From Thermodesulfobacteriota bacterium (GTDB lineage: Bacteria; Desulfobacterota; Binatia; Bin18): a stretch of 64,000 nucleotides of DNA. Shown in pieces: positions 1 to 9,435 of this stretch. The translations under genes were made by a program, and so were the position numbers. Within the stretch, counting starts at the first letter, position 1; the number at the start of each line of letters is the position of its first letter. Location: assembly GCA_964291405.2 (NCBI GenBank), contig OZ219926.1:1568001-1632000 (forward strand), written 5' to 3'. Below the pieces are notes generated by a model, which saw nothing but the letters and a program-made list of their open reading frames with translations, did no database searches and was not told the origin of the DNA.

Positions 1-1
1 A

Positions 2-1327
2 GCCGCCGAACGTATTCGTACCCAGCAGCTCTCCCCCGTGACCCTGGTCCAGTCCTGTTTGGACCGCCTGGACCAACTTGATCCGCAGCTTCGTGCCTGG
101 GTGACGGTTGACGGTGAGGGCGCCTTAGCCACTGCTCAACAGTACGAAAAGGAAATCAACAGCGGACAATACCGGGGTCCGCTGCACGGCATCCCGCTCG
201 GCCTCAAAGACATTTTCTTTACTGCGGGGATGAAGACAACGATGGGATCGCCTATCTATGCGGACTATGTTCCAGACTATGACGCCACCACCGTGCGCCT
301 CCTCAAGGAAGCCGGAGCCATCATTCTGGGTAAAGTCCAGACCACGGAATTCGCCGCCTTGGCTCCGTCGCCAACCCGTAATCCCTGGAATCTGGAACAC
401 ACGCCGGGCGGCTCCAGCAGCGGATCCGCGGCTGCGGTGGCCGCGCAGATGTGCTTTGGTGCCCTGGGCTCTCAGACCTATGGCTCAACCATACGCCCGG
501 CCGCCTACTGCGGCTGCGTCGGCCTCAAGCCGACCTTTGGTCGGATTAGCGCCTACGGCGTCTATCCCCTAGCCGGCAGTCTGGACCATGTGGGAATTTT
601 TTCCCGTACCGTGGCAGATACGGCCCTGCTGCTTCAGGCCCTGGCCGGCGAGGACGCTAACGACCCGATGAGTGCGGCGCAACCGATCCCGGACTACACT
701 GCCGCTCTGGCCGACCCGCAGCCGCCTCGCATCGGTCTGGTCCGGGAGTTCTTTCTTGAAAAAGCCGATGCGGAAACCCAGCAGCATATTGCAGCAGTGG
801 TGGAGCAACTGACCCAGGCCGGGGCCCATATCACCGAGGTTGCACTCCCGGAGAGCTTCAAAGGCGAGCCCGAAGCCCACTTCAGGATGATGTTCGTTGA
901 ATCGGCCTATTCACACAGTGAGGTCTACAACCAGTATAAAAAGCAGTACAGCCCGCAGATGAAGGACTTGATCGAGAAGGGCCTCCAAGTCTCCGGTGTG
1001 GAGTATATGGAGGCCCAACGCCACCAACACACGTTTCGGAATGAGATGGACGCACTCTGCCGGACGGTTGACGCCCTGCTGACTCCGGCAACTCCAGCCC
1101 CCGCTCCCAAAGGCTTCGCCACCACCGGTGATCCGACCTTTAACGGTCCGGCAACCTTTTCCGGCCTACCGAGCCTGGCCTTGCCCTCAGGGCTGAGTCA
1201 AACCGGCCTGCCCTTGGGTCTGCAACTCATGGGAGCGGCCTTTCGCGAAGACAAGCTGCTGGCGGTGGGTGAGTGGTGTGCGGACGTGCTGGCCTTCTCG
1301 GAGACGCCGGCTTTCTCTTCCTCGTAG
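2..1327 (+). CDS. Amidase signature family protein (GatA-like), 5'-truncated by window edge
   Basis: GIPLGLKD, PGGSSSGSAAAVA and GSQTYGSTIRPA motifs. Frame is open upstream of 38 to the window start (AAERIRTQQLSPV). Confidence 0.9.
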   Translation, partial: AAERIRTQQLSPVTLVQSCLDRLDQLDPQLRAWVTVDGEGALATAQQYEKEINSGQYRGPLHGIPLGLKDIFFTAGMKTTMGSPIYADYVPDYDATTVRLLKEAGAIILGKVQTTEFAALAPSPTRNPWNLEHTPGGSSSGSAAAVAAQMCFGALGSQTYGSTIRPAAYCGCVGLKPTFGRISAYGVYPLAGSLDHVGIFSRTVADTALLLQALAGEDANDPMSAAQPIPDYTAALADPQPPRIGLVREFFLEKADAETQQHIAAVVEQLTQAGAHITEVALPESFKGEPEAHFRMMFVESAYSHSEVYNQYKKQYSPQMKDLIEKGLQVSGVEYMEAQRHQHTFRNEMDALCRTVDALLTPATPAPAPKGFATTGDPTFNGPATFSGLPSLALPSGLSQTGLPLGLQLMGAAFREDKLLAVGEWCADVLAFSETPAFSSS

Positions 1328-1351
1328 GGGCAATTCATGAATTGCCCCTAC
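1324..1351. repeat. Perfect 28-bp palindrome, GTAG-type REP-like element
   Basis: GTAGGGGCAATTCA/TGAATTGCCCCTAC is self-complementary and overlaps the amidase stop between convergent genes. Confidence 0.75.
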
Positions 1352-1358
1352 ACCAAGC

Positions 1359-1790
1359 TTAACTGACCAACAGCACTATCCCTCCGACAATGAAAATCGT
1401 CCCGGCCACGTCGGCCTTGGTGATGCGTTCACTATCGTGCAGTACCAGATGGCTCAGAACGAGCGTGACGAGCGGTACGGCTGAGGTGAAGGGAGCAACA
1501 ACCACGGCGGGCAGATATTCCAGCGCAAAAAACAGCGAAAAGATAGCCAGAGTTGAGGCCAGACCGGCCAGACCAAAATAGACGCCCGCCCGACGCGGTA
1601 AGGAGAATAGCTGGCCTGCCTGTCCACTCGCAAAAAAATAGGCCGCATACACCACCACGCCGGCAATAATGCCGATACACGCCCCAAACACCGGCTCATT
1701 ACTCGACTGCAAACCGAGTTTGGCGAGAATGGGATTCATCCCGTAACAAAAGGCGGCAAGAAACGGATAGAGGATATGGCTCGTCCTCAT
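1359..1790 (-). CDS. Single-domain EamA/DMT family transporter
   Basis: About 5 hydrophobic helices and PLVTLVLSHLVLHDSERIT; 4-nt overlap with the upstream gene. Confidence 0.8.
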   Translation of the reverse strand: MRTSHILYPFLAAFCYGMNPILAKLGLQSSNEPVFGACIGIIAGVVVYAAYFFASGQAGQLFSLPRRAGVYFGLAGLASTLAIFSLFFALEYLPAVVVAPFTSAVPLVTLVLSHLVLHDSERITKADVAGTIFIVGGIVLLVS

Positions 1791-2230
1791 CCTCGACCTT
1801 CCCAGCGGTTTTGTCCGGTCAGAATCACCACCCCGGCCACGACGCTCAGAATGCCGCTCAGAATCTTGAGGCTGATATCCTCCTGTAAAAAGAGCAACGC
1901 AAAGACCGTCGTAAAAAGCGGTGCGGTATTCACCAGGGGCGTGCTCTTGGCCGCCCCCAGATGAGCAACCCCCAAGTAGTTACACATCCGGCCTAAACAC
2001 GGACCAACGATGCCCGCGGCGATAAACCACAGCGCAGCCTGGGGCGTAATCACCTGCGTCACCGAACGCGGATGAAGTGCAAAGACCAGGGCCATCAACG
2101 GCAGGCTGGCACCCAACCCGCACAGCAGCCCGACCGAGACACTCGCATACGGCAGCCCCTTGCGGATGAAGATGGGCGACACCCCCCACAGGCACGCCGC
2201 GGCGAGGGCAAAAAATTCACCGTAGAACAC
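1787..2230 (-). CDS. Single-domain EamA/DMT family transporter
   Basis: AACLWGVSPIFIRKG ... PLFTTVFALLFLQEDI EamA pattern. Confidence 0.8.
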   Translation of the reverse strand: MFYGEFFALAAACLWGVSPIFIRKGLPYASVSVGLLCGLGASLPLMALVFALHPRSVTQVITPQAALWFIAAGIVGPCLGRMCNYLGVAHLGAAKSTPLVNTAPLFTTVFALLFLQEDISLKILSGILSVVAGVVILTGQNRWEGRG

Positions 2231-2475
2231 ACCGCCTCCGAGCCTTAATCACCCTCACAAACGGAACAAAGAAATGATTGCAGAAAATTTCACCTGAGGG
2301 TCTCCCGCAGGGATAAAAACAGGAAATGGAGCTGAGGACAACTCGGCCCAGTCCCTCTCTATATCGTTCAGACTGAGGAGGGGTGTTGCGTTGTAGTTCA
2401 GTTGACACCACGGACCAGACAGGCGTACACGCAAAGAACGAAGGTATAGACGAAGGAAGTACGGAGGAGAGACTC

Positions 2476-3006
2476 ATGTCAACAATCAGACGTGTTGTTA
2501 CAGGTCACCGAGCGGACGGCAAATCCATTATTGCGAGCGATGGAGAAGTGGCAGGCATTCAGGTACCCGGCTTGCCCGGCGCGACGTTGGCCACCCTGTG
2601 GGGCGCGGACGAAACACTCACGTATCCTGACGACGGGGGCGAACCGCGTCATCACGACTGGTTTCCGCCAGTCGGTGGTTTCCGCTTTGTCTCATTTGTT
2701 TTAGCTCCGGACAGCACCCCGCCCGTGGACACCGACCCGGAAGCGGCCACTGCCGAAGTCGAGCGCCTGTTTCCGGGGCTGCTGGCAACCATGGAACCGG
2801 ACGATCCGGGTATGCATCGCTCGGAGACCGTCGATACGCTGTATATCGTGTCTGGGCGCTGCGTCCTCGAACTCGACGACGGCTCAAAAACCGAGCTTGG
2901 CGCGGGAGATGTGATCGTTCAGAGCGGGACCATGCACCGTTGGCACAACCCCTGGGATGAGCCTTGCCACGTCATCGCCTTTCTGGCTGGCGCGCATATG
3001 AAGTAG
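2476..3006 (+). CDS. Cupin domain protein
   Basis: RRVVTGH start, MHRSETVD ... QSGTMHRWHN cupin motifs; GGAGGAG RBS before ATG 2476. Confidence 0.85.
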   Translation: MSTIRRVVTGHRADGKSIIASDGEVAGIQVPGLPGATLATLWGADETLTYPDDGGEPRHHDWFPPVGGFRFVSFVLAPDSTPPVDTDPEAATAEVERLFPGLLATMEPDDPGMHRSETVDTLYIVSGRCVLELDDGSKTELGAGDVIVQSGTMHRWHNPWDEPCHVIAFLAGAHMK

Positions 3007-3169
3007 AAGGAGCATATCGATTCTTCCATGGCTGGCATGGCCTTTCCCGTCCGCTATCGGCTGGTCGGTTTGCTGACCACCGGGAGCATGATCAACCATC
3101 TTGATCGGGGTTTCGGATTGTAGCGTCGGACCCTGGCAGCCATACCGCAGGCGTGACATGATGCCGGGC

Positions 3170-4354
3170 ATGAATAAAAAAGCGCTCGCCTTGTTGGGAC
3201 TGGGCCATTTGATGGTTGACCTGAATACCGGCGCCCTGCCCGCCCTGCTGCCCTTTCTCAAAACAAGCTTTGGGTTGTCCTATACGATGATAGGAGCCCT
3301 CGTCTTGGTCGCGAATATGACGTCTTCCATTATTCAACCGCTCTTCGGCTATCTGTCTGACCGAAGTGCCCAAGCCTGGCTGCTGCCGTTTGGAGTCGTG
3401 GCTGCGACTTGCGGGATGGCCAGCGTCGGGCTGGTGACAAGCTACCCCGCCCTGCTCGCAGTTGTTTTCATCAGTGGGATCGGCATTGCCAGCTATCACC
3501 CCGAAGCCTATAAAACCGCCTACCTGTCTACCGGTGAGAAAAAAGCAACCGGGATCTCGCTCTTTTCCGTGGGCGGCAACCTCGGCTTGGGGCTGGGCCC
3601 GCTGGCCGTTGCCTTTTGTCTGGCCGCTTTCGGCCAAAGTGGTCTCTTACTGTTCTGGATACCGGGGATTCTGGTTGGCGCGCTCTTTATGCGATCCCTT
3701 CCCTGGCTGTCGCAAACCCGGCCGGCGCTCACCAACGCGGCTACGGCCGCAGTGGCCATTCCGCGTTCTGCTCTGGCCCTGGTGTTGAGTATTGTGACCC
3801 TCGGGGCCTGCGTCCACGCGGGTATGTCAACCTATGTTCCGCTCTATCTGGCCGACCAGGGCGGGGACACGCTCAAGGTCAGCTCGGTACTGTCCTTATT
3901 CCTGATCGCCGGGGCGGTCGGCACGCTGCTGGGTGGGCCGCTGGCCGACCATATCGGCCACAAACGCTTCCTGGTCTATTGCACCGGACTGTTATGCCCG
4001 TTGATCTTCCTCTTTCTGCAGACACACGGAACGACCAGTATCGTGATCTTGGGGTTGGCCGGGATGTGTCTGGCTCCAATGTTCTCTGTCACCCTAGTCA
4101 TTGCTCAGGGTCTCATGCGCGGCCGGCTGGGTATCACCGCCGGCCTCATGACCGGCCTTGGCATTGGGGTGGGCGGTCTGGGTGTCGCCGTCCTCGGAGC
4201 TGCGGCCGATATGTGGGGGCTTGCAACCACCATGCAGCTCATCGCGCTCTTGCCTCTCCTGCCCTGGATATTGGTCTGGTTCCTCCCCAGTGATGCCCCC
4301 CAAGCAGTGGAGCCCAGTCCTTCGCTCCAGCCGGCGACGGGCAAGAGTGCCTAG
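3170..4354 (+). CDS. MFS transporter (Fsr/fosmidomycin-resistance-like)
   Basis: HLMVDLNTGALPALLP, QPLFGYLSDR and YHPEA motifs; about 12 TM segments. Confidence 0.85.
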   Translation: MNKKALALLGLGHLMVDLNTGALPALLPFLKTSFGLSYTMIGALVLVANMTSSIIQPLFGYLSDRSAQAWLLPFGVVAATCGMASVGLVTSYPALLAVVFISGIGIASYHPEAYKTAYLSTGEKKATGISLFSVGGNLGLGLGPLAVAFCLAAFGQSGLLLFWIPGILVGALFMRSLPWLSQTRPALTNAATAAVAIPRSALALVLSIVTLGACVHAGMSTYVPLYLADQGGDTLKVSSVLSLFLIAGAVGTLLGGPLADHIGHKRFLVYCTGLLCPLIFLFLQTHGTTSIVILGLAGMCLAPMFSVTLVIAQGLMRGRLGITAGLMTGLGIGVGGLGVAVLGAAADMWGLATTMQLIALLPLLPWILVWFLPSDAPQAVEPSPSLQPATGKSA

Positions 4355-4455
4355 CGTCCACCGGAAGCCGAGGGAATATTCAGGTTGTCTTCACCGGAGT
4401 GATCTGCTAGTTTTCCGCTACTATTACTGGGATTTTTTTGTCTGAGCCGATGCGT

Positions 4456-4545
4456 GCAGACAGCAAATTGATTGTGTCATATCTACTTGGGGGCCGGGAT
4501 GGGGGCTATGCCTATGAGTTCATGCAGGATGTGGCCCAGCGCTTG
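4456..4545 (+). pseudogene. Short remnant of IS1-family transposase
   Basis: [30 protein letters not shown] resembles the segment preceding the second catalytic Asp of IS1-family DDE transposases; no intact ORF or terminal repeats. Confidence 0.6.
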
Positions 4546-4555
4546 CGAAGAACGC

Positions 4556-4596
4556 AACCCCGGAGGCCGTGTACGCGTCACCCGGGGTTTCTTTTT
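4556..4596 (+). terminator. Hairpin plus U-tract just upstream of the infA RBS
   Basis: AACCCCGG ... CCGGGGTT followed by TCTTTTT. Confidence 0.5.
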
Positions 4597-4617
4597 AGTG
4601 TGTACAGAGGAGGTTTT

Positions 4618-4905
4618 ATGGCTGGACCACGTCGAAGAGGCGGCGGTGGTGGCAAGCGGAAGCGGAAGGAGCGGAATACCGAACCCGCAGTTGAAAAAGA
4701 TGTGATTGAAATGAACGGGACCGTCACCGAGGTGTTGCCCAACGCTTTCTTCCGCGTTGAGCTTGAGAACGGCCACTCCATTCTCGCCCATGTTGCGGGC
4801 AAGATGCGCAAGTTTTTTATTAAAATCATTCAGGGTGACAGCGTCACGGTTCAGCTCTCCCCGTACGACCTCGAACGTGGCCGGATCACCTTCCGCCATC
4901 GCTAG
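4618..4905 (+). CDS. infA: Translation initiation factor IF-1 with basic N-terminal extension
   Basis: [27 protein letters not shown]...[27 protein letters not shown]; GAGGAGG RBS before ATG 4618. Confidence 0.95.
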   Translation: MAGPRRRGGGGGKRKRKERNTEPAVEKDVIEMNGTVTEVLPNAFFRVELENGHSILAHVAGKMRKFFIKIIQGDSVTVQLSPYDLERGRITFRHR

Positions 4906-4914
4906 CGCGCCGCT

Positions 4915-6264
4915 CTAGCCGAAGTGTCGCAGCAGATGGCACAGGACGCGAAAGCCGTCCTGCATATGGGACAGTTCGGCAAATTCGTTCGGCGCGTGGT
5001 AGGCTTCATTTCTGCCGAAACCGGTAATTTGCACGTCAAAGTCGTGTTCCTGCAAAAAGCGGACATAGGGCAGACTGCCCGTCAGGGCGAAGGGCCGAGC
5101 GTCGGGCCGCACTGCCGCAACCGCTTGGGCGAGGGCCGCATAGCCGGCTGAGGTCCGGTCACACGCCATTCCGCCGGACGGCGTTCCCAACATCTCAAAC
5201 CGTGCCGTCCCGACCTGCCCGTTACAGGCATAGCGGCCCGGGCCAAAGACCGGCAGTTGGCTGACGTCCAGCGTTTCAAGAAAGGCCGCCAGCCCTTTCT
5301 TCACCTCGTCAGGGTCATACCACGGCGTCAGGCGAATATCGCCTTCAATACGGGCCGTGGACGGAATTTTCGTCAGCGTATCGTTCTCAACCTGCACCCG
5401 CGTCGGTTTGAGCGACGAGGGCGATCGAAAACCGTACTCGTGTTCTTTTGGGTGAGCGGGATAGTGGGCGTAAAACCACTGCTGGAGGGCGCGGGTCACT
5501 TCCGAGGCCAGTTCCGCGGCATTGATCCCGTTCTGTGGAAACCCGGAGTGGCTGCCCTTGCCTTCAATAACCAGTCGCCAGAGGGCCATCCCGGCAGTCG
5601 CCGTTGTTGGCCCGAAGTCAGCACTATCGATCCAGTACAGCGGTCCGTTCTTGAGGTGATCGAGCCGTCCGTCTTTGACCAGCCGGCCAATCCCGACGCC
5701 GTGCGTGTTGGAAAGTTCCTCGTCGGCAATAATGACTCCGACAATACTATGGTCGAGCTCCATTTCAGATTCGGCGAGCTGGGCAAAGAGGTCGGTCAGA
5801 ACGGCGACATGGCCAAGGCAGTCGGTGACGCCCCGTCCGTACAACCGGTCTCCCTCGACCTGCAACGCAAAGGGCGGGCGCTGCCAGTCTTTTGGGTCGG
5901 CCGGTACCACATCAAGATGAGCACCCACAAAAGCAATGGTTTGATGGGGGTGTCCAACAGAGCGGCCCGGATAGCTCAGGATGAGATTCCCGCGGCCTTT
6001 GGCATAACTCACCCGTTCCACCTGCAAACGACCGCAGGCGGTATGGGCCGCCAATTCGTCGAGCACGATGTCTCCGGCGAGGTCCTCCTGTGGGGGCGGC
6101 TGCTCCTGAGACGGGGAATTCTGCAAGCGCTCACCAACAGCAACCAGAGCCCGCAGGACCCGCAGAAAACGGTCCGTATTCAGTCGCCACTGACTGAGGT
6201 CTCTGGACTGACCACCTGTAGGAACGGAGCGCTGCCGGCGCAAGCGCTTCCAGGGCCACGCCAT
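4915..6264 (-). CDS. M20 metallopeptidase, plant-type acetylornithine deacetylase-like
   Basis: HLDVV, GRGVTDCLGH, ADEE and YHAPNE motifs; AAGGAG RBS before ATG 6264. Confidence 0.85.
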   Translation of the reverse strand: MAWPWKRLRRQRSVPTGGQSRDLSQWRLNTDRFLRVLRALVAVGERLQNSPSQEQPPPQEDLAGDIVLDELAAHTACGRLQVERVSYAKGRGNLILSYPGRSVGHPHQTIAFVGAHLDVVPADPKDWQRPPFALQVEGDRLYGRGVTDCLGHVAVLTDLFAQLAESEMELDHSIVGVIIADEELSNTHGVGIGRLVKDGRLDHLKNGPLYWIDSADFGPTTATAGMALWRLVIEGKGSHSGFPQNGINAAELASEVTRALQQWFYAHYPAHPKEHEYGFRSPSSLKPTRVQVENDTLTKIPSTARIEGDIRLTPWYDPDEVKKGLAAFLETLDVSQLPVFGPGRYACNGQVGTARFEMLGTPSGGMACDRTSAGYAALAQAVAAVRPDARPFALTGSLPYVRFLQEHDFDVQITGFGRNEAYHAPNEFAELSHMQDGFRVLCHLLRHFG

Positions 6265-6280
6265 ACCGGGATGTTGCTCC

Positions 6281-6658
6281 TTACACGCCCTCTGCTTCAA
6301 AGACTTCCTTGGCGACCTGGAACGCGTTAACCGCAGTGGGCGCACCGGCATAAAAGGCCATCTGGATTAGAATCTCGATGATTTCCTCCTTGGTCAGACC
6401 GGCATTCAGCCCGTTCGCGATATGGCTCTTGAGTTGGGGCAACCGCTGCATGGCGGTCAGGGCCGCAATTACGGCCACACTGCGCATTTTGAGTTCAAGC
6501 CCCGGTCTGGTCCAGACTCGTCCGAAGACGACTTCGTTCAACATCTCATCAAGGTCCGGGGCGAGTTCGGCCAGCGCGCTGGCCGAGGTCCCGAAGCGGT
6601 CTCCGCTCAACTTTTTTCGGATTTCGATTCCCTTTTCCAGGTCGCTCTGATTCGCCAT
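6281..6658 (-). CDS. Carboxymuconolactone decarboxylase family protein
   Basis: FGRVWTRPGL...HIANGLNAGLTKEEIIEILIQMAFYAGAP. Confidence 0.9.
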   Translation of the reverse strand: MANQSDLEKGIEIRKKLSGDRFGTSASALAELAPDLDEMLNEVVFGRVWTRPGLELKMRSVAVIAALTAMQRLPQLKSHIANGLNAGLTKEEIIEILIQMAFYAGAPTAVNAFQVAKEVFEAEGV

Positions 6659-6859
6659 ACTGTCCCTCCTGAGCTGTAAAATATGTGGCCTGGGGACTAT
6701 ACCGCAGGGCAAGCGGCGGCAACAAGGGCGGCTCCGAACAGCGCATCTTCTCAGTTCCTCCTCCCTGCGCTGACCGTGTCCTTGTTCTTGACAGACCCAC
6801 TCCGGGCATGTTCAACACAAACGATAGACTCTGCACCTGTGGAGTAGAGGAGGGAATAC

Positions 6860-7945
6860 GTGAGATTTGGTCTTTTCTACCAGCTGCCGTGCGCAGATAC
6901 CCAGACCCAGACAACGCGTTATCAAGAAACCATTGAACAGATCATTCATGCTGAGCAACTCGGGTTCGATTGTGCCTGGCTGGCGGAACTGCACTTTTAT
7001 AAGCACTTCTCGATTATGTCGTCGCCGCTGATTGTTGCCACGGCTATTGCCCAGCGGACGCAGCGCATCCGCCTGGGCATTGCCGTCAACCTCCTGCCGC
7101 TCTGGCACCCGGTCCGCAACGCTGAAGAGGGCGCAACGGTCGATCTGTTGAGTAACGGCCGTTTGGAGTTTGGCGTTGGACGCGGGACGATTCCGCTCCA
7201 TTTTGCGGGCTTTGATCGCTCGCGGGAGGAGAGCCGCGAACGCTTTGAAGAAAGCCTGGAGATCATCAAACAAGCCTGGACGAATGAGTCGTTTTCCTAC
7301 GACGGCAGTTATTACACAATCCCGGAAACCAGCGTCGTGCCCAAACCGTTGCAACAGCCTCATCCGCCCATCAGGATTGCCGCCAACAGCCCGGAGACGG
7401 CGGTATTTGCGGGAAAGGTCGGCCATCCGATATTTGTGGCATCGGTGACTAATCCCCTGCCCAAGATGTTTGAGCAAGTCGCGACCTATCGCCAATCCTG
7501 GGACGACCACGCCCCTCATAATGGACAGGCCACTCATCCCATGTACGCGCCGCAGGATGTCTCCACCATGTTTTTCATGCACCCGGGCGCAAGCCTGGAT
7601 CAGGTACGCCAGACAGTAGAACCGAGCATTCAACATTACTTCGGGAGCGTCCTGGGCATGATGACGAGCGGCACCGCAAAACAAGAGGACATGGAGTCGT
7701 ATCGTTATACCGCAGAGATCCGTAAAAATCTGGAGAGCATTACTTTCGAGAAAGTCGTTGACAGCATGGCTATTTTCGGCCCCTCCCAGGCATGTGTAGA
7801 CCGGATTCGTCAGCTCCATAAAGAGCTCAATATGAACGAGTTGATCTGTTGGTTTAATCCGGGCGGCATGGTGCCGCATGAGCAGGTCAAGGCAGCCATG
7901 ACCCGTTTTGCCCAGACCGTCATCCCCGAGGTCAAAGATCTCTAG
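6860..7945 (+). CDS. LLM class flavin-dependent oxidoreductase
   Basis: AEQLGFDCAWLAELHF, GRLEFGVGRG and PKPLQQPHPPI. Confidence 0.9.
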   Translation: MRFGLFYQLPCADTQTQTTRYQETIEQIIHAEQLGFDCAWLAELHFYKHFSIMSSPLIVATAIAQRTQRIRLGIAVNLLPLWHPVRNAEEGATVDLLSNGRLEFGVGRGTIPLHFAGFDRSREESRERFEESLEIIKQAWTNESFSYDGSYYTIPETSVVPKPLQQPHPPIRIAANSPETAVFAGKVGHPIFVASVTNPLPKMFEQVATYRQSWDDHAPHNGQATHPMYAPQDVSTMFFMHPGASLDQVRQTVEPSIQHYFGSVLGMMTSGTAKQEDMESYRYTAEIRKNLESITFEKVVDSMAIFGPSQACVDRIRQLHKELNMNELICWFNPGGMVPHEQVKAAMTRFAQTVIPEVKDL

Positions 7946-8044
7946 GACAAAAATCCGTTTGGTCTCAGGCCAGAAATACGCTAGATAAGAGCAGTACTGC
8001 TTAAATGCCAGACTTGAGAACATTCTATACACAGGAGGGTCGCT

Positions 8045-9319
8045 ATGGGACGTATATTTTTTCGTGGTGTGAATCTGATTGACGGTGAGCATAAGCCGCA
8101 ACCCAACTCCACCGTTGTGGTACAGGGACAGCGCATCAAGGCGGTCGGGAAAAATGGTGATATGCCCAAACCCAACGCCAGGGATGTCGTGTATGATCTG
8201 AGTGGGAAATCCCTCATGCCGGGCATGGTGCAGTGCCACTACCATGTCGCCTACGCCAATGTCGGCGACATGAACGATATCGACATGAAGTATCCGCCGA
8301 CCTATCTGACGCTCATCGCGGCCAAGAATGCCGAGCTGCTGCTGAGTTGCGGCTACACGGGTGCGGCCGGCGCGGGCACGATGCATAACATCGATGTTAC
8401 GCTGAAAAAGGCCATCAACACGGGCATGATTCCGGGCCCGCGATTTCTGGCCTGCGGCCGGGACGTGGTGACTACCGGCGATTCGGTGGACTGTCATCCC
8501 AACTTCTGGAAGATGGGCATGGAAGGCTTGGCCCGCATTTGCGACGGACCGGACGATTTCCGCAAAGCCGTGCGTGAAGAAATCAAGCTGGGCGTGGACA
8601 TCATTAAACTCTACCCGACCGGCGGACATGGCCTGATGTGGGACGAGGACACGATGACCATGAGCCAGGACGAAATCGATGCGGCGACCATAGCCGCCCA
8701 TGAACGGGGCCGAAAAATTCGGGGCCACATCATTTCCAAGAAGGGTATCCTGGCCGCCCTCCAAGCCGGCATGGACGTGATCGACCACGGTGACCGGATG
8801 GACGACGAGTGCATAGAGGGCATGCTCGAACAGGGCACCTTTGTGGTGCCGAGCCTGTACTTCCCATGGAAGGTCGTCGAAGAGAAACGTCGCACAGGTT
8901 CGAGCGAGTGGGGCGGCGTCGACAGCATGGAACGCAATCTGGAGCACTCGTATAAAGTTCTGCCTAAGGCCAATAAGGCTGGGGTGAAACTGGTTATTGG
9001 TGACGATTTCGGTATCGCTGCCATGCCCCACGGCGAATATACGCACGAGCTTGAAGCCTATGTCAAAGGCGCCGGCATCCCAGCCAACGAAGTCCTGCGC
9101 TGGGCCACCAAGAACGGCGCGGAGTTGCTCGGCATGGGCGATGAGCTGGGGACCATCGAGCCGGGTAAAATCGCCGATCTCCTCATCGTCAAGGGCAATC
9201 CGGCCAGAGACATCACCATCCTGCAGGATAGAAAGAACCTGCACGCCATCATGAAGGATGGGGAGTTTTACCGGAACGAGCTGACCCCGAGCAGAGCCAG
9301 ACTCCAGAGAGCTGCGTAG
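8045..9319 (+). CDS. Metal-dependent amidohydrolase (prolidase-like subgroup)
   Basis: MPGMVQCHYH, DIIKL, IDHG, IGDD and GTIEPGKIADL. Confidence 0.88.
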   Translation: MGRIFFRGVNLIDGEHKPQPNSTVVVQGQRIKAVGKNGDMPKPNARDVVYDLSGKSLMPGMVQCHYHVAYANVGDMNDIDMKYPPTYLTLIAAKNAELLLSCGYTGAAGAGTMHNIDVTLKKAINTGMIPGPRFLACGRDVVTTGDSVDCHPNFWKMGMEGLARICDGPDDFRKAVREEIKLGVDIIKLYPTGGHGLMWDEDTMTMSQDEIDAATIAAHERGRKIRGHIISKKGILAALQAGMDVIDHGDRMDDECIEGMLEQGTFVVPSLYFPWKVVEEKRRTGSSEWGGVDSMERNLEHSYKVLPKANKAGVKLVIGDDFGIAAMPHGEYTHELEAYVKGAGIPANEVLRWATKNGAELLGMGDELGTIEPGKIADLLIVKGNPARDITILQDRKNLHAIMKDGEFYRNELTPSRARLQRAA

Positions 9320-9343
9320 TCACACGCAACCCGTACAATGATG

Positions 9344-9372
9344 AAGGGGCACGGCCGACCGTGCCCCTTTTT
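9344..9372 (+). terminator. Intrinsic terminator
   Basis: AAGGGGCACGG-CCGA-CCGTGCCCCTT followed by a T-run. Confidence 0.7.
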
Positions 9373-9435
9373 GTTTGCGCCCAGGCTTTTCAAGTCGTCC
9401 GTCTTTCGCTACGAGAGGAGGAGGGAAGGAAATGG

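Noticed and set aside
4438-4905. 155-aa apparent IF-1 fusion
   Set aside because: The strong RBS supports a start at 4618; the upstream part is an IS-like relic and a hairpin.
6812-9244. 810-aa ORF on the minus strand
   Set aside because: Antisense shadow of two well-supported plus-strand genes; no motifs. Typical of GC-rich codon bias.
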